NCBI GenBank assembly: GCA_038241595.1
Contig: JBBSSY010000001.1
Span: forward strand, 1 to 29,859
DNA length: 29,859 nt
DNA from: Chitinophagales bacterium
GTDB lineage: Bacteria; Bacteroidota; Bacteroidia; Chitinophagales; Chitinophagaceae
Direction: 5' to 3'
Below the pieces are notes generated by a model that worked only from the letters and a program-made list of their open reading frames with translations, was not told the origin of the DNA and did not search any database. A program made the position numbers and the translations under genes. This document shows positions 18,499 to 27,102 of the stretch, in pieces (within the stretch, counting starts at the first letter, position 1; every line of letters starts with the position of its first letter).

Positions 18499-19206
18499 CT
18501 ATTTGAATAACCTCGAAAAATGGTTTTCGAGATGGTTTCTAATTCCGTTTCTCAGCATTTCGGCCGAGCCATTCTCGATTATATCAACAATCTCCCGGTG
18601 CGATACAAATCGTCTTTCGGAGACTGGTTTACTTAAAATTCCGCTTGAATGCACATAGTCGAAAACGGGCAGCAACAGCTTCTGAAATTTTTTCATGGTA
18701 CTGTTGCCTGTTATTTCATACAATTTGCCATGAAATTTTATTTCGTGCTCGATCTGAAAAATGTGCCTTTCAGTAGCCTGCGGTTCTGCATCTACTATGA
18801 ATTTCAATGCTGCTATATCCAGTGGCGTCACTCGTTCCATGATAAAATCAGCCATACCGACCTCTAGCGCCAGCCGCATTTCGAAAATTTCCTTGAGCGT
18901 GGAATCATCCAGTATCCTGGGGTTCATGCTTCTTTCCAGTATCGACACCAGATCAGGACTGGTAAGAATGGCGCCCCGTTTCTTTTTTGAATCTATCAGT
19001 CCCATCAGTCTTAACCGAAGCAAGGCTTCTCTGATAACTGTGCGGCTCACTTTAAGTGCATCTGTCAACTCCAGTTCTTTGGGCAGCGAATCACCCGGCT
19101 TGAGTTGTTTCGTTACAAAAAATTCAATCAGTTTAAATTCCACTTTGTCTACCAGGCTACTTTTATCTATTCTTCCGATTTTTTCCGTTAACTGTTCAAT
19201 GTCCAT
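18499..19206 (-). CDS. GntR family (FadR subfamily, FCD domain) transcriptional regulator
   Basis: LKPGDSLPKELELTDALKVSRTVIREAL winged HTH, EIFEMRLALEVG, FHGKLYEITGN. Confidence 0.95.
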   Translation of the reverse strand: MDIEQLTEKIGRIDKSSLVDKVEFKLIEFFVTKQLKPGDSLPKELELTDALKVSRTVIREALLRLRLMGLIDSKKKRGAILTSPDLVSILERSMNPRILDDSTLKEIFEMRLALEVGMADFIMERVTPLDIAALKFIVDAEPQATERHIFQIEHEIKFHGKLYEITGNSTMKKFQKLLLPVFDYVHSSGILSKPVSERRFVSHREIVDIIENGSAEMLRNGIRNHLENHFSRLFK

Positions 19207-19320
19207 ATCAGTACTATGTGGTAAATAATGGGTTTAGCATAATAAAAATATTAATATCTGTTAAGGAAGAATGCCTTAACCACGACAGCTGAAATGCTAC
19301 GCTTAAATGATACGGAATGC

Positions 19321-19328
19321 CAAAGATA
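19321..19328 (-). promoter_or_regulatory. Bacteroidota sigma-A -7 element for the gntR-lacI operon
   Basis: Minus strand TATCTTTG matches TAnnTTTG. TCTG (near the -33 TTTG consensus) lies 20 nt upstream at 19352-19349. Confidence 0.55.
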
Positions 19329-19341
19329 TCAAATTAAATTT

Positions 19342-19358
19342 ATTATGTCAGACATAAT
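19342..19358. promoter_or_regulatory. Palindromic operator ATTATGTC-A-GACATAAT, probable GntR/FadR site
   Basis: Perfect 8-bp arms with a GT-N3-AC core typical of FadR-subfamily operators. Lies between divergent gntR and GH35 and overlaps the -33 region. Confidence 0.65.
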
Positions 19359-19548
19359 TAAATTAAAGTAGTGTCTTTGATATTCGCAACGCGTGAATGA
19401 GGTTCTTTCCGGCATTTTTCTTACATCTATGTTCAGCGGCAAAGGATTTTTTGACAAATGACTCATTTCCGGGGTCATTGATGTATCGTAATCTGTAATT
19501 TCACTAAACGATGTATATAGGTATACTCATTAAGTAATAAACGAACAA

Positions 19549-21363
19549 ATGAAAACAGTCGCAACGGCCATTTTTGTGGTTTTATTTTGTAACGGGTTAG
19601 TCGCTCAAACAGGCAGACATACATTTACCCTGGGCAAAACCGAATTTTTGCTGGATGGCAAGCCGCTGCAGATTATCAGTGGCGAAATGCACCCTGCCCG
19701 TATACCCGAGGCCTATTGGCGTCACCGCATTCAAATGGCAAAGGCCATGGGATGTAATACCATAGCTGCTTATATCTTCTGGAATTATCAGGAGAAAACA
19801 GCAGGCGTTTTTGATTTTAAAACCGGGAATAAGGATGTCGCCAAATTCATCCGTATCTGCCAGGAAGAAGGCATGTGGGTATTGGTTCGTCCCGGACCGT
19901 ATGTATGTGCCGAATGGGATTTTGGCGGACTGCCACCGTACTTGCTTAAAATACCGGATATAAAGATCCGCTGCATGGATACGAGATATATGTCTGCGGC
20001 AACAAGGTATATTGATAGGCTGGCAAAAGAAATTGTGCCATTACAATGTACAAACGGCGGCCCTGTTTTGATGTTGCAGGTCGAAAATGAATACGGCAGT
20101 TTTGGTAATGATAAGGAATACATGGTGGCCTTGAAAAAAGCCTGGATAAAAAATGGAATCAATGTTCCTTTTTATACTTCTGATGGCCCCACGCCTTATA
20201 TGCTGCAAGCAGGTACTGTTGATGGCGCCGCTATTGGTTTAGACAGCGGCAGCGATAGCACAAATTTTGCTACAGCAACAAAATTTAATCCGAATGTGCC
20301 TTCGTTCAGCGGAGAAACTTATCCCGGCTGGTTAACACATTGGGGCGAAAAATGGGCAAGGCCCGATACGAATAGTTTAAAAAAAGAAATCAGTTACTTA
20401 TTACAACATAAAAAATCGTTCAACTTTTATGTGATACATGGAGGTACGAATTTCGGTTTCACTGCAGGAGCCAATGCATTTAGTCCAACCCAATACCAGC
20501 CTGATTTAACCAGTTATGATTACGATGCCCCCATCAATGAACAGGGACGGCCTACAGCAAAGTATTTCATGTTGCGTAACATGATTCAGCAATATGTCCG
20601 GTATAAAATTCCTGACGTTCCTGCACCGATTAAAACAGTTGAGATACCCGCCATCGAAATGAAAAAGTCATACAGTCTTTGGGATTATACACTGCCCGTT
20701 CAAAAATCGCCACAACCATTACCAATAGAAATGTATGGGCAAAACCAGGGATTGATCCTGTATAGGACAAAATTAATTGGCCATAAAAGCGGTGTCTTAA
20801 AAATATGGGAACCCCATGATTATGCCCTGGTCTTTCTAAATGGAAAATTTATTGACACGGTTTACCGTGACGGAGGAAAATGGGAAGTGGTGTTGCCCAA
20901 AACAAATACACCGTTTCCTGAACTGGAAATATTGGTAGAAGGCATGGGGCATATCAACTTTGCACAGTTTATGATTGACCGCAAAGGAATTACGGACCGG
21001 GTTACCTTAAACGGCATGACACTCATGAATTGGGAAACAACTTTGCTGCCGATGGATGAAAAATTTATTGCCTCGCAAAAACCTGCACCGGCAAATAACA
21101 ATAAAGAAAAGCCCTGTACTTTTTTTGAAGGAAGTTTTTCATTAACTGAAACGGGAGATACGTATTTTGATTTGAGCAATTATTTCAAAGGCTTGGTATA
21201 TATAAACGGGCATAACCTCGGCCGGTACTGGAACATAGGGCCGCAACAACGATTGTATTGTCCTGCTTCCTGGTTAAATAAAGGAACAAATAAGTTGCTG
21301 GTTTTCGACTTCCTGCAAACGAACGCCATGCCTATTAAAACAACATCGGATTTAACCAATTAG
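19549..21363 (+). CDS. GH35 beta-galactosidase
   Basis: ISGEMHPARIP, NTIAAYIFWN, RPGPYVCAEWDFGGLP, QVENEYG (acid/base), GETYPGWLTHWG (nucleophile region), HGGTNFG, SYDYDAP, NLGRYWNIGPQQRLY. Confidence 0.96.
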   Translation: MKTVATAIFVVLFCNGLVAQTGRHTFTLGKTEFLLDGKPLQIISGEMHPARIPEAYWRHRIQMAKAMGCNTIAAYIFWNYQEKTAGVFDFKTGNKDVAKFIRICQEEGMWVLVRPGPYVCAEWDFGGLPPYLLKIPDIKIRCMDTRYMSAATRYIDRLAKEIVPLQCTNGGPVLMLQVENEYGSFGNDKEYMVALKKAWIKNGINVPFYTSDGPTPYMLQAGTVDGAAIGLDSGSDSTNFATATKFNPNVPSFSGETYPGWLTHWGEKWARPDTNSLKKEISYLLQHKKSFNFYVIHGGTNFGFTAGANAFSPTQYQPDLTSYDYDAPINEQGRPTAKYFMLRNMIQQYVRYKIPDVPAPIKTVEIPAIEMKKSYSLWDYTLPVQKSPQPLPIEMYGQNQGLILYRTKLIGHKSGVLKIWEPHDYALVFLNGKFIDTVYRDGGKWEVVLPKTNTPFPELEILVEGMGHINFAQFMIDRKGITDRVTLNGMTLMNWETTLLPMDEKFIASQKPAPANNNKEKPCTFFEGSFSLTETGDTYFDLSNYFKGLVYINGHNLGRYWNIGPQQRLYCPASWLNKGTNKLLVFDFLQTNAMPIKTTSDLTN

Positions 21364-21370
21364 GTACATT

Positions 21371-21401
21371 AAAAACAAAAGGTGATACTACTTTTGTATT
21401 T
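21371..21401 (+). terminator. Terminator-like inverted repeat after GH35
   Basis: AAAAACAAAAG-gtgatacta-CTTTTGTATTT; 10 of 11 positions pair. The stem is AT-rich. Confidence 0.4.
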
Positions 21402-21567
21402 ACCGGTAATTTTTGGATGTTTGGTTTAGCAGTATCGTTTTGATTACACCGCATCGTCTACCAACAAAAGTGGATCAGCACCTTGGCACTAATTGCTGGC
21501 AACTGCTAACCACAACGGCCGGAATGGAAAATTCGAATTAAACTTCTATTGACCGGTTTGTAAAAAT

Positions 21568-21583
21568 GTGCAAACGATTGCGC
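21568..21583. promoter_or_regulatory. LacI-type operator GTGCAAACGATTGCGC
   Basis: Pseudo-palindrome with a central CG and the GCAA-ACGA-TTGC layout typical of LacI-family operators; about 95 nt upstream of the sigma relic/susC-2 unit. Confidence 0.55.
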
Positions 21584-21676
21584 GAATTTATTACCCATTT
21601 TCATGCTAATATTGGTAGGCGTTTAACGTGTTGCTTGAAGCGTCTCCTATAACTCAATTTTTTCGATAAAACTCAG

Positions 21677-21903
21677 ATGTCTTTAGATCCATACCATGGT
21701 AAACCAGGATTGTTCATCCCGCTAAAGGCCGGTGACAAATTTGCATTTACCCTATGGTATAACATGTATAGCCAGCCCTTCTACCTGGATCTTCTCAAAT
21801 TGTTGAAGTCCGGACCAGTTCCGGACAAAATTTTACGAGGTATTTCTTATTTATATGGGAAAAACGAAAAGCTGTTTCCATTAGTAAACTCATTCAAACC
21901 TAA
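21677..21903 (+). pseudogene. Truncated, frameshifted ECF sigma-70 factor (N-terminal region-2 relic)
   Basis: MSLDPYHGKPGLFIPLKAGDKFAFTLWYNMYSQPFYLDLLKLLKS..PDKIL resembles Bacteroidota ECF N-termini (L..GD..AF..LY..Y...LY....). It continues after frameshifts as EVFLI (21837-21851) and IWEKRKAVSI (from 21853), matching the QEVFLKIWEKR motif. Confidence 0.7.
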
Positions 21904-21906
21904 GTT

Positions 21907-24900
21907 ATGTATTTAACTGCTTCTGTAGCACAACCATTACTGCCAAGGGGCTTATTTACCAAAACGTTACGGATCATGACATTAATCGTCATGCTGTTTT
22001 TTGCTGCTACCATTCAGTCAAGCGCCAAAGACTATCCACAATTGATTACGGTTTCAGGTAAAAATATTTCGCTGGAAAAAGTTTTTAAACAAATTGAGCG
22101 ACAGAGTAAGTATAGCTTTGTTCATGATGTATTGAGCCTGAAACAGGCGAGGCTAGTAAATGTTAACCTCAATAATGCAACGTTGAATGAGGTGCTTGAG
22201 GTGTGTTTTAAAGATCAACCCCTTAACTACAACGTAGTAGGCAAAACGATTGTGATCAATAAAGCTGATCAAAAACAGGAGGAAAAAATTATCGCTTCAC
22301 CGCCCCCCGTTGAAGTGAGGGGCACGGTAACCAATGAAGCCGGAAAACCGATGCAGAGTGTATCAGTTTCAGTAAAAGGCAGCAATCAAGGAACAAGCAC
22401 GAAAGCAGACGGCAGTTTCTCGATAAATGCCAATGCCGGGGATATGCTGGAATTTACATTCATTGGCTATCAGAAAAGGGAGGTAACAGTAGGACAGAAC
22501 AGTACTCTCTCCGTGGTAATGGAAATAGAGGCGGCCATGGGAAGTGAAATAGTCGTAATTGGCTACGGTTCGGCAAAAAAGAAGACCATTACTGGAGCCG
22601 TGGTTCAGGTCAAAGCTGAAAATCTTAATTTCTCCAATTCTACAACTTTTCAGAGCGCCCTGAATGGAAAAGTGGCCGGGCTACAGATAACCCAAAGTTC
22701 GGGTCAGCCAGGCGCGAGCGTCAGCGTGCAGGTAAGAAGCAATCCTACCGCCAATAGTGCTGGCGTTTTATATGTGTTAGACGGGGTGCCCATTGTTGAT
22801 GCGCCAGCGGCCCCAGGAACAAATTCAAGATATGGCGGTGGGGGCGTTAGCCAATCAATCTTAAATAGTATTAATCCTAACGATATTGAATCAATACAGG
22901 TTTTGAAAGATGCCAGTTCGGCTTCTATTTATGGTGCCAGGGCGGGGAGTAGTGTGATATTGATAACAACAAAAAAGGGGGTTCGTGGAGCTACAACCAT
23001 AACCTATACCGGATCGTACGCTTTCGAAAAAGCCGCAAACGTTTTTCCCCAGTTCAATGCGCTTCAGTATGAAAACATACGCAACAATTACTCCCTTCAA
23101 AAATGGTATAATGATAATAAGATTGGGCCATTTTTTGGCACTGCGGACTCGGCCACCGTTGCCGCAACGAAACCGTATGTACCATATTATACGGCAGCTC
23201 AGTTAGCGGCGACTACCAATCTTCCAGGTGCTTTGAGCCAGGTCTTAAGAAATGGATACGTCAACCAACAGAACATCAGCATGTCGGGCGGCAACGAAAA
23301 AACATCCTACTTTATATCGGGAAATTATTTTGATCAGAAAGGTACGGTAATCGCCACGGGTCTGAAACGGTACAATGGGCTTGTGCGCATAGACGAAAAG
23401 ATATCTTCCAAACTAAAAGCAGGCGTTAATTTGATCGGTTCCAATTCAAATACGCAAAATGCGGTTTATGGTGGAACGTTTGAGAATTCGGGCGTTATTC
23501 CTGCTGCACAAAACTGGCCGGCAAATCAACCGCTTGTAAATCCGGATGGCTCTTATCCAATAAATAATAAATACGCGGCAGCTCCTAACCCGTTGAGTTA
23601 TCAACTTAATAATGACCATACGATGGTGACCCGGTTACTTAGTATGGCTAATTTGGAGTATGAAATTATTGGGGATTTGAAAGCCAAGGCGATATTTAGT
23701 TACGATCAACAGGATGCTAAAAGAAACTATTATTCTCCTTCAAACTTTTTATATAGCTCCCAGGGCACAGCCTCGATCACTGACAATTCTTCCAACACCT
23801 TATTGTTGAATTATACATTGAGTTATCAACACCTCTTTGCGCAAAAACATGCTATTAACGCCGTTATCGGGTACGAATACAATAAAACCAACGGAGAAAA
23901 TGTTGGGGCGGGGAATACGACGTTTTTTTCTGACGTTATCGGGTATTATAACTTAAGCCTGGGACAATCGGCCCGGCCTTCAGTATCTTCTTCCCAATAT
24001 ACCAATAGCTGGGCATCTTATGTGGCAAGGGCCATTTACACGTACGATAACAGGTTATCTGTATCTGCATCTATAAATAGAAATGGAAGTACTGCATTTG
24101 CTTCTGGTAAAAAGTGGGGGTATTTTCCATCTGTAGGTGCAAATTATTTAATTTTTGATGATGGCAATAGTAAGATTAAGGCCATCAATTTCCTGAAATT
24201 ACGTGTAGGGTATGGACAAACGGGAAATCCCCCTTCATCGGGAAGCGCCTTTGCCCGATATGGTCCTAGTTTGAGCCCTACGTTCGGCACCAGTTCAACA
24301 TCCACTGCTATATACCTAACCCAGGCAGCAAACCCCAATTTAAGCTGGGAGACAGTTGCTGAACTGAATGTCGGGTTAGATTATGGATTACTCAACAACC
24401 GGATAACGGGTTCGATAGATGTATTTAATAAAACAATTAAAAACCTGATTACTTATATTCCTTTCCCTACCGATTTTCTTGTGAGCGGCTATACGGGCAA
24501 TGCGGGATCGACAAGAGATAGAGGGTACGAATTTTTGGTGAACACTAAAAATATTGTTCCTGCCAATGACGGTGGGTTTGCCTATAGCTCCACCCTTACT
24601 TTTTCGCACTATTTTGATTTTTGGACACAAAGGTCTCCAGGTGCCCTGGCTACCTTGGCTAAATATGTAGCCGCATCCGGACCACAAGCTGCTTACTATG
24701 GTGTGTATGGGTATCAATCAGCAGGAATATATACCGGCACAAAGGGTGTGATGCCAGGCACTATGCCGGGGATGTTGCCGGGCGGCCTAATTATAAAGGA
24801 TATACACAGCTATGATGCAAATGGCACGTTGCAGGGCCCCGATGGCAGTATAACCGGAGCAGACCAAACATTGATAGCGAATAATGCTCCGAAATTCAAC

Positions 24901-25374
24901 TTTAGTATAGGCAATGATTTTTCTTACCGGAACTTCCAGTTCTCCATATTCTTTGCGGGGCAAAAGCGTACAAAATACGCGTCATGGGGCGGCGCTATAG
25001 CGGGCCTGTATGATCAGGTTGGACAGGGGTGGAATAGTTATTACCCAGAAGTTAATAAGCGGTGGACAACCCTGACACCCAATGCAACCATACCTTCCGG
25101 GCTTGTTGATCCTAAGTATAGCGGTTATCAAAATGGGTCTGATTATTACTATATCGATGCATCATTCCTCCGCTGTCAGGATATTAAGTTAGGCTATAAT
25201 CTACCAGATAAAATATTGGGCGATAGAAAAACATTTAAACGGGTAAATATCTCCCTTGATGTAAATAACGCCTTCATTATCTCGAAATTCCCGTATTTGG
25301 ATCCTCAAATAAACCAGGGCTCTTTTTATCCCCTGAATAGAGGTTTCATAATAGGGGTCAACGCAGGATTTTGA
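21907..25374 (+). CDS. susC: SusC/RagA TonB-dependent transducer with N-terminal STN domain
   Basis: STN: ITVSGKNISLEKVFKQIERQSKYSF..TLNEVLEVCFKDQPLNY. Plug motif INPNDIESIQVLKDASSASIYGARAGSSVILITTKKG; ends GVNAGF. Confidence 0.97.
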   Translation: MYLTASVAQPLLPRGLFTKTLRIMTLIVMLFFAATIQSSAKDYPQLITVSGKNISLEKVFKQIERQSKYSFVHDVLSLKQARLVNVNLNNATLNEVLEVCFKDQPLNYNVVGKTIVINKADQKQEEKIIASPPPVEVRGTVTNEAGKPMQSVSVSVKGSNQGTSTKADGSFSINANAGDMLEFTFIGYQKREVTVGQNSTLSVVMEIEAAMGSEIVVIGYGSAKKKTITGAVVQVKAENLNFSNSTTFQSALNGKVAGLQITQSSGQPGASVSVQVRSNPTANSAGVLYVLDGVPIVDAPAAPGTNSRYGGGGVSQSILNSINPNDIESIQVLKDASSASIYGARAGSSVILITTKKGVRGATTITYTGSYAFEKAANVFPQFNALQYENIRNNYSLQKWYNDNKIGPFFGTADSATVAATKPYVPYYTAAQLAATTNLPGALSQVLRNGYVNQQNISMSGGNEKTSYFISGNYFDQKGTVIATGLKRYNGLVRIDEKISSKLKAGVNLIGSNSNTQNAVYGGTFENSGVIPAAQNWPANQPLVNPDGSYPINNKYAAAPNPLSYQLNNDHTMVTRLLSMANLEYEIIGDLKAKAIFSYDQQDAKRNYYSPSNFLYSSQGTASITDNSSNTLLLNYTLSYQHLFAQKHAINAVIGYEYNKTNGENVGAGNTTFFSDVIGYYNLSLGQSARPSVSSSQYTNSWASYVARAIYTYDNRLSVSASINRNGSTAFASGKKWGYFPSVGANYLIFDDGNSKIKAINFLKLRVGYGQTGNPPSSGSAFARYGPSLSPTFGTSSTSTAIYLTQAANPNLSWETVAELNVGLDYGLLNNRITGSIDVFNKTIKNLITYIPFPTDFLVSGYTGNAGSTRDRGYEFLVNTKNIVPANDGGFAYSSTLTFSHYFDFWTQRSPGALATLAKYVAASGPQAAYYGVYGYQSAGIYTGTKGVMPGTMPGMLPGGLIIKDIHSYDANGTLQGPDGSITGADQTLIANNAPKFNFSIGNDFSYRNFQFSIFFAGQKRTKYASWGGAIAGLYDQVGQGWNSYYPEVNKRWTTLTPNATIPSGLVDPKYSGYQNGSDYYYIDASFLRCQDIKLGYNLPDKILGDRKTFKRVNISLDVNNAFIISKFPYLDPQINQGSFYPLNRGFIIGVNAGF

Positions 25375-25492
25375 GTAAACGTATAAAAAAGAAACATGGA
25401 AATCAGCCATCAGATTTTGCGGCAATGCAGTTTATCGCGATGAACACGCTGTGTTGAATTTCATCTGACAATAAAAAAATTAAAAATCACTA

Positions 25493-27016
25493 ATGGAAAA
25501 GTATTTAAAATATGCAAAAGCAACCAGGGCAATAATAATTGTATCGTTCATTGCCCTAACCATTTTTTCTTCCTGTGAAAAAAAGCTGGATTATGTAACC
25601 TACGGCGTCCTTGACGGCACCGCCTTTTTCAAAACCGAGGCCGATGCCACTGCTGCGGTAAGCGCCATGTACACAGGCATGGTAGCTGGTTGGAGCGGCG
25701 GGTTCGGCGCAGCAGGTAATTTTGGGGGAATGAGCGAGATAGCAACAGACGAAGGCTATTGTAGAAACTACCCCCAGTGGAAAATACTGGCCTATACGCC
25801 CGATTTCGGACCTGTTACACAAACTTATTCGACCCTTATTCCCTATGTTTCGCAGATTACCGTAAATATCAGTAAAATCCAAGACATTACCTTTAAGAAT
25901 ACGGCGTTACAGGCACAGTACATTGCGGAACTTAAAGGGTTAAGGGCACTTTATGGACAAATATTGTATAATATGTATGGCCCGGTACCCATGAGGCTGG
26001 ATGCAAGTTTAATTAATAATTCCGCTGCTCCACCGCTTCCGCGACCAGGCAAAGATGAGATGGTGGCCCAAATAATTAAAGATTATACCGATGCCGCAGC
26101 AGTTTTGCCAAATACATTTACCGGCAGCAATTATGGAAGAATAAGCAAAGCTGCCTGCCTGACGGGTTTAATGAAATTATATATGCATGAAAAGAAATGG
26201 ACTGAGGCGATAGCCGTCGGTACGCAGATAACATCATTGGCGCTTGCTTTAACTCCGGATTATTACGATAATTTTAGCGTAAAGGCAAAAGGAGGCAATT
26301 CCGAAATCATCTTTGTCGTTGTTTGCACCGGCAATAGCGCTCAAAATGATTCTTATACAAACAGGTGGTTAGACCATGCTTTGCCAGCCAATTTCATTGA
26401 TCAAAATGGAAACGCGCTTACCAACTATGGATCATTTTTTGCCATGCCCTGGCCTGCGTATAATAAATTTGACCCTACTGATAAACGTTTAGCGCATTTA
26501 TTAAGGTTTTACCCGGCTAAAGTAAATGGTGTTGTAACCGTATTAGATGCACACAATCAAATTCCCGATGTTGGTGCGGTTCCTGTAAAATATGTACCCG
26601 AAGGGTCAGAGAATTATATCGGGTCTGATAGATACGGATTAGATATTCCTGTTTACAGGTATTCGGATGTGTTGCTTTTACTGGCCGAAGCAATCAATGC
26701 AAGCACCGGACCTACCAGCCAGGCATATACGCTTATAAATACGGTTAGAACAAGAGCCGGTTTGCCAAATCTGTCACCTGGGCTTAGCCAGGCTGATTTT
26801 TTATCAAAGCTGCAGGATGAAAGATTATTCGAACTATGGCACGAAGGAATAAGAAGGGATGATCTGGTAAGATGGGGGCTCTATATACAAGCAGCTAATG
26901 CAAAAGGCGCAGCGCTCGATCCTGTTGCAAATGCATATCTAAACTTATACCCTTTGCCAAGAAGTGTGGTCAATCAAAGCAACGGTATTATTCAGCAAAA
27001 TCCCGGTTATAAGTAG
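25493..27016 (+). CDS. susD: SusD/RagB outer-membrane lipoprotein
   Basis: Lipobox FSS-C; AELKGLRALY, YRYSDVLLLLAEA, INTVRTRAGL, DERLFELWHEGIRRDDLVRWG, QNPGY. Confidence 0.96.
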   Translation: MEKYLKYAKATRAIIIVSFIALTIFSSCEKKLDYVTYGVLDGTAFFKTEADATAAVSAMYTGMVAGWSGGFGAAGNFGGMSEIATDEGYCRNYPQWKILAYTPDFGPVTQTYSTLIPYVSQITVNISKIQDITFKNTALQAQYIAELKGLRALYGQILYNMYGPVPMRLDASLINNSAAPPLPRPGKDEMVAQIIKDYTDAAAVLPNTFTGSNYGRISKAACLTGLMKLYMHEKKWTEAIAVGTQITSLALALTPDYYDNFSVKAKGGNSEIIFVVVCTGNSAQNDSYTNRWLDHALPANFIDQNGNALTNYGSFFAMPWPAYNKFDPTDKRLAHLLRFYPAKVNGVVTVLDAHNQIPDVGAVPVKYVPEGSENYIGSDRYGLDIPVYRYSDVLLLLAEAINASTGPTSQAYTLINTVRTRAGLPNLSPGLSQADFLSKLQDERLFELWHEGIRRDDLVRWGLYIQAANAKGAALDPVANAYLNLYPLPRSVVNQSNGIIQQNPGYK

Positions 27017-27102
27017 TGGTATTTCCGTCCTGATTTTTAAACTTTGAATGGAATGATGAGTTGTATTCCGGGGAGGTTGGCCATGAGAAGCACATACTAT
27101 AG

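Noticed and set aside
21677-21916. 79-aa ORF as an intact small protein
   Set aside because: Better explained as a frameshifted ECF sigma fragment; its tail is off-frame sequence overlapping the susC start.
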